Positions 54,801 to 64,000 of a stretch of DNA of 64,000 nt are shown piece after piece. The stretch covers positions 21,762,001 to 21,826,000 of the forward strand of contig OZ024754.1 of the NCBI GenBank assembly GCA_964016885.1, read 5' to 3'. The position numbers and the translations under genes are program-made. This DNA is from Eledone cirrhosa. Lineage: Eukaryota. Position 1 is the stretch's first letter, and every line of letters starts with the position of its first letter. The notes beneath the pieces were generated by a model. The model had not been told where the DNA came from. It did no database searches and was given only the letters and a program-made list of their open reading frames with translations.

Positions 54801-57800
54801 CCTGCTCCCAATACACACTCCTGCTCCCAATACACACTCCTGCTCCCAATACACACACTCCTGCTCCCAATACACACTCCTGCTCCCAATACACACACTC
54901 CTGCTCCCAATACACACTCCTGCTCCCAATACACACTCCTGCTCCCAATACACACTCCTGCTCCCAATACACACTCCTGCTCCCAATACACACACTCCTG
55001 CTCCCAATACACACTCCTGCTCCCAATACACACTCCTGCTCCCAATACACACTCCTGCTCCCAATACACACACTCCTGCTCTCAATACACACTCCTGCTC
55101 CCAATACACACACTCCTGCTCCCAATACACACACTCCTGCTCCCAATACACACTCCTGCTCCCAATACACACCCCTGCTCCCAATACACACTCCTGCTCC
55201 CAATACACACTCCTGCTCCCAATACACACTCCTGCTCCCAATACACACTCCTGCTCCCAATACACACATTCCTGCTCCCAATACACACTCCTGCTCCCAA
55301 TACACACACTCCTGCTCCCAATACACACTCCTGCTCCCAATACACACACTCCTGCTCCCAATACACACACTCCTGCTCCCAATACACACTCATCTGCTCC
55401 CAATACACACTCCTGCTCCCAATACACACTCCTGCTCCCAATACACACTCCTGCTTCCAATACACACTCCTGCTCCCAATACACACTCCTGCTCCCAATA
55501 CACACACTCCTGCTCCCAATACACACACTCTTGCTCCCAACACACACACTCCTGCTCCCAATACACACTCCTGCTCCCAATACACACTCCTGCTCCCAAT
55601 ACACACACTCCTGCTCCCAATACACACTCATCTGCTCCCAATACACACTCCTGTTCCCAATACACACTCCTGCTCCCAATACACACTCCTGCTCTCAATA
55701 CACACACTCCTGCTCCCAATACACACTCCTGCTCCCAATACACACTCCTGCTCCCAATACACACTCATCTGCTCCCAATACACACTCCTGCTTCCAATAC
55801 ACACACCTGCTCCCAATACACACTCCTGCTCCCAATACACACTCCTGCTCCCAATACACACTCCTGCTCCCAATACACACTCATCTGCTCCCAATACACA
55901 CTCCTGCTCCCAATACACACTCCTGCTCCCAATACACACACTCCTGCTCCCAATACACACACTCCTGCTCCCAATACACACACTCCTGCTCCCAATACAC
56001 ACACTCCTGCTCCCAATACACACTCCTGCTCCCAATACACACACTCCTGCTCCCAATACACACACTCCTGCTCCCAATACACACTCATCTGCTCCCAATA
56101 CACACTCCTGCTCCCAATACACACTCCTGCTCCCAATACACACTCCTGCTTCCAATACGCACTCCTGCTTCCAATACACACTCCTGCTCCCAATACACAC
56201 ACTCCTGCTCCCAATACACACTCCTGCTCCCAATACACACTCCTGCTCCCAATACACACTCCTGCTCCCAATACACACACTCCTGCTCCCAATACACACA
56301 CTCCTGCTCCCAATACACACTCCTGCTCCCAATACACACTCCTGCTCCCAATACACACACTCCTGCTCCCAATACACACACTCCTGCTCCCAATACACAC
56401 TCATCTGCTCCCAATACACACTCCTGCTCCCAATACACACTCCTGCTCCCAATACACACTCCTGCTTCCAATACACACTCCTGCTTCCAATACACACTCC
56501 TGCTCCCAATACACACTCCTGCTCCCAATACACACACTCCTGCTCCCAATACACACTCCTGCTCCCAATACACACACTCATGCTCCCAATACACACTCCT
56601 GCTCCCAATACACACACTCCTGCTCCCAATACACACACTCCTGCTCCCAATACACACTCATCTGCTCCCAATACACACTCCTGCTCCCAATACACACTCC
56701 TGCTCCCAATACACACTCCTGCTCCCAATACACACACTCCTGCTCCCAATACACACTCCTGCTCCCAATACACACTCCTGCTCCCAATACACACTCCTGC
56801 TCCCAATACACACACTCCTGCTCCCAATACACACTCCTGCTCCCAATACACACTCATCTGCTCCCAATACACACTCCTGCTCCCAATACACACTCCTGCT
56901 CCCAATACACACTCCTGCTCCCAATACACACACTCCTGCTCCCAATACATACTCCTGCTCCCAATACACACTCCTGCTCCCAATACACACTCATCTGCTC
57001 CCAATACACACTCCTGCTCCCAATACACACTCCTGCTCCCAATACACACACTCCTGCTCCCAATACACACTCCTGCTCCCAATACACACTCATCTGCTCC
57101 CAATACACATTCCTGCTCCCAATACACACACTCCTGCTCCCAATACATACTCCTGCTCCCAATACACACTCCTGCTCCCAATACACACACTCCTGCTCCC
57201 AATACACACTCCTGCTCCCAATACACACTCATCTGCTCCCAATACACACTCCTGCTCCCAATACACACACTCCTGCTCCCAATACACACTCCTGCTCCCA
57301 ATACACACTCATCTGCTCCCAATACACACTCCTGCTCCCAATACACACACTCCTGCTCCCAATACACACTCCTGCTCCCAATACACACACTCCTGCTACC
57401 AATACATACTCCTGCTCCCAATACACACTCCTGCTCCCAATACACACACTCCTGCTCCCAATAAACACTCCTGCTACCAATACATACTCCTGCTCCCAAT
57501 ACACACTCCTGCTCCCAATACACACACTCCTGCTCCCAATACACACTCCTGCTCCCAATACACACACTCCTGCTCCCAATACACACTCCTGCTCCCAATA
57601 CACACACTCCTGCTACCAATACATACTCCTGCTCCCAATACACACTCCTGCTCCCAATACACACACTCCTGCTCCCAATACACACTCCTGCTCCCAATAC
57701 ACACACTCCTGCTCCCAATACACACTCCTGCTCCCAATACACACACTCCTGCTCCCAATACACACACTCCTGCTCCCAATACACACACTCCTGCTCCCAA

Positions 57801-60800
57801 TACACACTCATCTGCTCCCAATACACACTCCTGCTCCCAATACACACACTCCTGCTCCCAATACACACACTCCTGCTCCCAATACACATACTCCTGCTCC
57901 CAATACACACTCCTGCTCCCAATACACACTCCTGCTCCCAATACACACTCCTGCTCCCAATACACACTCCTGCTCCCAATACACACACTCCTGCTCCCAA
58001 TACACACACACCTGCTCCCAATACACACTCCTGCTCCCAATACACACACACCTGCTCCCAATACACACTCCTGCTCCCAATACACACTCCTGCTCCCAAT
58101 ACACACACACCTGCTCCCAATAAACACTCCTGCTCCCAATACACACTCCTGCTCCCAATACACACTCCTGCTCCCAATACACACTCCTGCTCCCAATACA
58201 CACTCCTGCTCCCAATACACACTCCTGCTCCCAATACACACACTCCTGCTCCCAATACACACTCCTGCTCCCAATACACACTCCTGCTCCCAATACACAC
58301 ACTCCTGCTCCCAATACATACTCCTGCTCCCAATACACACTCCTGCTCCCAATACACACTCCTGCTCCCAATACACACACTCCTGCTCCCAATACACACA
58401 CTCCTGCTCCCAATACACACACTCCTGCTCCCAATACACACTCCTGCTCCCAATACACACTCCTGCTCCCAATACACACTCCTGCTCCCAATACACACAC
58501 TCCTGCTCCCAATACACACACTCCTGCTCCCAATACACACACTCCTGCTCCCAATACACACACTCCTGCTCCCAATACACACTCCTGCTCCCAATACACA
58601 CTCCTGCTCCCAATACACACTCCTGCTCCCAATACACACACTCCTGCTCCCAATACACACACTCCTGCTCCCAATACACACACTCCTGCTCCCAATACAC
58701 ACTCCTGCTCCCAATACACACTCCTGCTCCCAATACACACTCCTGCTCCCAATACACACACTCCTGCTCCCAATACACACTCCTGCTCCCAATACACACT
58801 CCTGCTCCCAATACACACACTCCTGCTCCCAATACATACTCCTGCTCCCAATACACACTCCTGCTCCCAATACACACTCCTGCTCCCAATACACACACTC
58901 CTGCTCCCAATACACACACTCCTGCTCCCAATACACACACTCCTGCTCCCAATACACACACTCCTGCTCCCAATACACACACTCCTGCTCCCAATACACA
59001 CACTCCTGCTCCCAATACACACTCCTGCTCCCAATACACACTCCTGCTGCCAATACACACACTCCTGCTCCCAATACACACTCCTGCTCCCAATACACAC
59101 ACTCCTGCTCCCAATACACACACACCTGCTCCCAATACACACTCCTGCTCCCAATACACACTCCTGCCCCCAATACACACACTCCTGCTCCCAATACACA
59201 CACTCCTGCTCCCAATACACACACACCTGCTCCCAATAAACACTCCTGCTCCCAATACACAGTCCTGCTCCCAATACACACACACCTGCTCCCAATACAC
59301 ACTCCTGCTCCCAATACACACTCCTGCTCCCAATAAACACTCCTATTCCCAATACACACTCCTGCTCCCAAAACACACTCCTGCTCCCAATACACACTCC
59401 TGCTCCCAATACACACTCCTGCTCCCAATACACACTCATCTGCTCCCAATACATACTCCTGCTCCCAATACACACTCCTGCTCCCAATACACACTCCTGC
59501 TCCCAATATACACTCCCGCTCCCAATACACACACTCCCGCTCCCAATACACACACTCCTGCTCTCAATACACACACTCCTGCTCCCAATACAGACTCCTG
59601 CTCCCAATACACACTCCTGCTCCCAATACACACTCCTGCTCCCAATACACACACTCCTGCTCCCAATACACACTCCTGCTCCCAATACACACTCCTGCTC
59701 CCAATACACACTCCTGCTCCCAATACACACACTCCTGCTCCCAATACACACTCCTGCTCCCAATACACACACACCTGCTCCCAATACACACTCCTGCTCT
59801 CAATACACACTCCTGCTCTCAATACACACTCCTGCTCCCAATACACACACCTGCTCCCAATACACACTCCTGCTCCCAATACACACTCCTGCTCCCAATA
59901 CACACACTCCTGCTCCCAATACACACTCCTGCTCCCAATAAACACTCTTGCTCCCAATACACACACTCCTGCTCCCAATACACACACTCCTGCTCCCAAT
60001 ACACACACTCCTGCTCCCAATACACACTCTTGCTCCCAATACACACTCCTGCTCCCAATACACACTCCTGCTCCCAATACACACACTCCTGCTCCCAATA
60101 CACACTCCTGCTCCCAATACACACACTCCAGCTCCCAATACACACACTCCCGCTCCCAATACACACAATCCCGCTCCCAATACACACTCCTGCTCCCAAT
60201 ACACACTCCTGCTCCCAATACACACACTCCTGCTCCCAATACACACTCCTGCTCCCAATACACACTCCTGCTCCCAATACACACTCCTGCTCCCAAAACA
60301 TACTCCTGCTCCCAATACACACTCCTGCTCCCAATACACACTCCTGCTCCCAATACACACTCCTGCTCCCAATACACACACCTGCTCCCAATACACACAC
60401 TCCTGCTCCCAATACACACTCCTGCTCCCAATACACACTCCTGCTCCCAATACACACTCCTGCTCCCAATACACACTCCTGCTCCCAATACACACTCCTG
60501 CTCCCAATACACACTCCTGCTCCCAAAACATACTCCTGCTCCCAATACACACTCCTGCTCCCAATACACACTCCTGCTCCCAATACACACTCCTGCTCCC
60601 AAAACATACTCCTGCTCCCAATACACACTCCTGCTCCCAATACACACTCCTGCTCCCAATACACACTCCTGCTCCCAATACACACTCCTGCTCCCAATAC
60701 ACACTCCTGCTCCCAATACACACACTCCTGCTCCCAATACACACTCCTGCTCCCAATACACACTCCTGCTCCCAATACACACTCCTGCTCCCAATACACA

Positions 60801-63800
60801 CTCCTGCTCCCAATACACACACTCCTGCTCCCAATACACACTCCTGCTCCCAATACACACTCCTGCTCCCAATACACACTCCTGCTCCCAATACACACTC
60901 CTGCTCCCAATACACACACTCCTGCTCCCAATACACACTCCTGCTCCCAATACACACACTCCTGCTCCCAATACACACTCCTGCTCCCAATACACACACT
61001 CCTGCTCCCAATACACACTCCTGCTCCCAATACACACACTCCTGCTCCCAATACACACTCCTGCTCCCAATACACACTCCTGCTCCCAATACACACACTC
61101 CTGCTCCCAATACACACTCCTGCTCCTAATACACACTCCTGCTCCCAAAACACACACTCCTGCTCCCAATACACACTCCTGCTCCCAATACACACACTCC
61201 TGCTCCCAATACACACTCCTGCTCCCAATACACACTCCTGCTCCCAATACACACACTCCTGCTCCCAATACACACTCCTGCTCCCAATACACACACTCCT
61301 GCTCCCAATACACACTCCTGCTCCCAATACACACTCCTGCTCCCAATACACACTCCTGCTCCCAATACACACACTCCTGCTCCCAATACACACACTCCTG
61401 CTCCCAATACACACACTCCTGCTCCCAATACACACTCATCTGCTCCCAATACACACTCCTGCTCCCAATACACACTCCTGCTCCCAATACACACTCCTGC
61501 TCCCAATACACACTCATCTGCTCCCAATACACACTCCTGCTCCCAATATACACTCCCGCTCCCAATACACACACTCCTGCTCCCAATACACACACACCTG
61601 CTCCCAATACACACTCCTGCTCCCAATACACACTCCTGCTCCCAATACACACTCCTGCTCCCAATACACACTCCTGCTCCCAATACACACACACCTGCTC
61701 CCAATACACACTCCTGCTCCCAATACACACTCCTGCTCCCAATACACACTCCTGCTCCCAATACACACAATCCTGCTCCCAATACACACACACCTGCTCC
61801 CAATACACACACACCTGCTCCCAATACACACTCCTGCTCCCAATACACACTCCTGCTCTCAATACACACTCCTGCTCTCAATACACACTCCTGCTCCCAA
61901 TACACACTCCTGCTCCCAATACACACTCCTGCTCCCAATACACACTCCTGCTCCCAATAAACACTCCTGCTCCCAATACACACTCCTGCTCCCAATACAC
62001 ACTCCTGCTCCCAATACACACTCCTGCTCCCAATACACACACTCCTGCTCCCAATACACACACTCCTGCTCCCAATACACACACTCCTGCTCCCAATACA
62101 CACTCATCTGCTCCCAATACACACTCCTGCTCCCAATACACACACTCCTGCTCCCAATACACACACTCCTGCTCCCAATACACATACTCCTGCTCCCAAT
62201 ACACACTCCTGCTCCCAATACACACTCCTGCTCCCAATACACACTCCTGCTCCCAATACACACTCCTGCTCCCAATACACACACTCCTGCTCCCAATACA
62301 CACACACCTGCTCCCAATACACACTCCTGCTCCCAATACACACACACCTGCTCCCAATACACACTCCTGCTCCCAATACACACTCCTGCTCCCAATACAC
62401 ACACACCTGCTCCCAATAAACACTCCTGCTCCCAATACACACTCCTGCTCCCAATACACACTCCTGCTCCCAATACACACTCCTGCTCCCAATACACACT
62501 CCTGCTCCCAATACACACACTCCTGCTCCCAATACACACTCCTGCTCCCAATACACACTCCTGCTCCCAATACACACACTCCTGCTCCCAATACACACAC
62601 TCCTGCTCCCAATACACACACTCCTGCTCCCAATACACACTCCTGCTCCCAATACACACACTCCTGCTCCCAATACACACACTCCTGCTCCCAATACACA
62701 CTCCTGCTCCCAATACACACTCCTGCTCCCAATACACACACTCCTGCTCCCAATACACACTCCTGCTCCCAATACACACACTCCTGCTCCCAATACACAC
62801 ACACCTGCTCCCAATACACACTCCTGCTCCCAATACACACTCCTGCTCCCAATACACACACTCCTGCTCCCAATACACACACTCCTGCTCCCAATACACA
62901 CACACCTGCTCCCAATACACACTCCTGCTCCCAATACACACTCCTGCTCCCAATACACACACTCCTGCTCCCAATACACACACTCCTGCTCCCAATACAC
63001 ACACACCTGCTCCCAATAAACACTCCTGCTCCCAATACACAGTCCTGCTCCCAATACACACACACCTGCTCCCAATACACACTCCTGCTCCCAATACACA
63101 CTCCTGCTCCCAATAAACACTCCTATTCCCAATACACACTCCTGCTCCCAATACACACTCCTGCTCCCAATAAACACTCCTGCTCCCAATACACAGTCCT
63201 GCTCCCAATACACACACACCTGCTCCCAATACACACTCCTGCTCCCAATACACACTCCTGCTCCCAATAAACACTCCTATTCCCAATACACACTCCTGCT
63301 CCCAATACACACTCCTGCTCCCAATACACACTCCTGCTCCCAATACACACTCATCTGCTCCCAATACACACTCCTGCTCCCAATATACACTCCCGCTCCC
63401 AATACACACACTCCTGCTCCCAATACACACACACCTGCTCCCAATACACACTCCTGCTCCCAATACACACTCCTGCTCCCAATACACACTCCTGCTCCCA
63501 ATACACACTCCTGCTCCCAATACACACACACCTGCTCCCAATACACACTCCTGCTCCCAATACACACTCCTGCTCCCAATACACACAATCCTGCTCCCAA
63601 TACACACTCCTGCTCCCAATACACACACACCTGCTCCCAATACACACTCCTGCTCCCAATACACACACCTGCTCCCAATACACACTCCTGCTCCCAATAC
63701 ACACACACCTGCTCCCAATACACACTCCTGCTCCCAATACACACTCCTGCTCCCAATACACACTCCTGCTCCCAACACACACACCTGCTCCCAATACACA

Positions 63801-64000
63801 CTCCTGCTCCCAATACACACTCCTGCTCTCAATACACACTCCTGCTCTCAATACACACTCCTGCTCCCAATACACACTCCTGCTCCCAATACACACTCCT
63901 GCTCCCAATACACACTCCTGCTCCCAATAAACACTCCTGCTCCCAATACACACTCCTGCTCCCAATACACACTCCTGCTCCCAATACACACTCCTGCTCC
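36888..64000. repeat. satellite array, unit CTCCTGCTCCCAATACACA (19 bp) with 21-bp variants; runs off the window
   Basis: Uninterrupted head-to-tail units for at least 27.1 kb (on the order of 1,350-1,400 units). The first few units are degenerate. Confidence 0.99.

Noticed and set aside
36946-63989. Giant ORFs up to 3153 aa (LLLPIHTPAPNTHSCSQY / YWEQECVLGAGVCIGSRS)
   Set aside because: The consensus unit has no stop codon in any frame, so overlapping ORFs appear on both strands. The 19-bp unit rotates the frame, and there is no unique N- or C-terminus or sign of codon constraint.
36888-64000. CRISPR-like or telomeric array
   Set aside because: No unique spacers, eukaryotic context, and the unit is not TTAGGG.

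Overview
Eukaryotic, AT-rich and repeat-dense animal genomic DNA. The SINE, RTE and Penelope content and the long (TA)n tracts suggest a coleoid cephalopod, probably an octopod; this is inference only. The only host gene visible is the CCA-adding enzyme TRNT1, with three GT-AG exons on the minus strand (206-318, 1184-1291, 1912-1997). I found no further upstream exon, so 2-64 kb is probably one giant intron. From 2 to 37 kb lies a nested pile of mobile elements: about eight RTE-clade LINE copies in two subfamilies (all RT-containing copies carry a PHD-like finger inside the RT), their partner tRNA-derived SINE, a Helitron with both termini, and several Penelope-like elements. The Penelope pieces carry a cluster of type-I hammerhead ribozymes: two with intact cores, one split by a LINE insertion in stem III, and several with mutated cores or only half present. 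From 36.9 kb to the end is a 27-kb or longer satellite of 19/21-bp units with roughly 9-kb higher-order structure; its very long ORFs are artefacts of the repeat. All calls were made by eye, with no searches or folding programs run.
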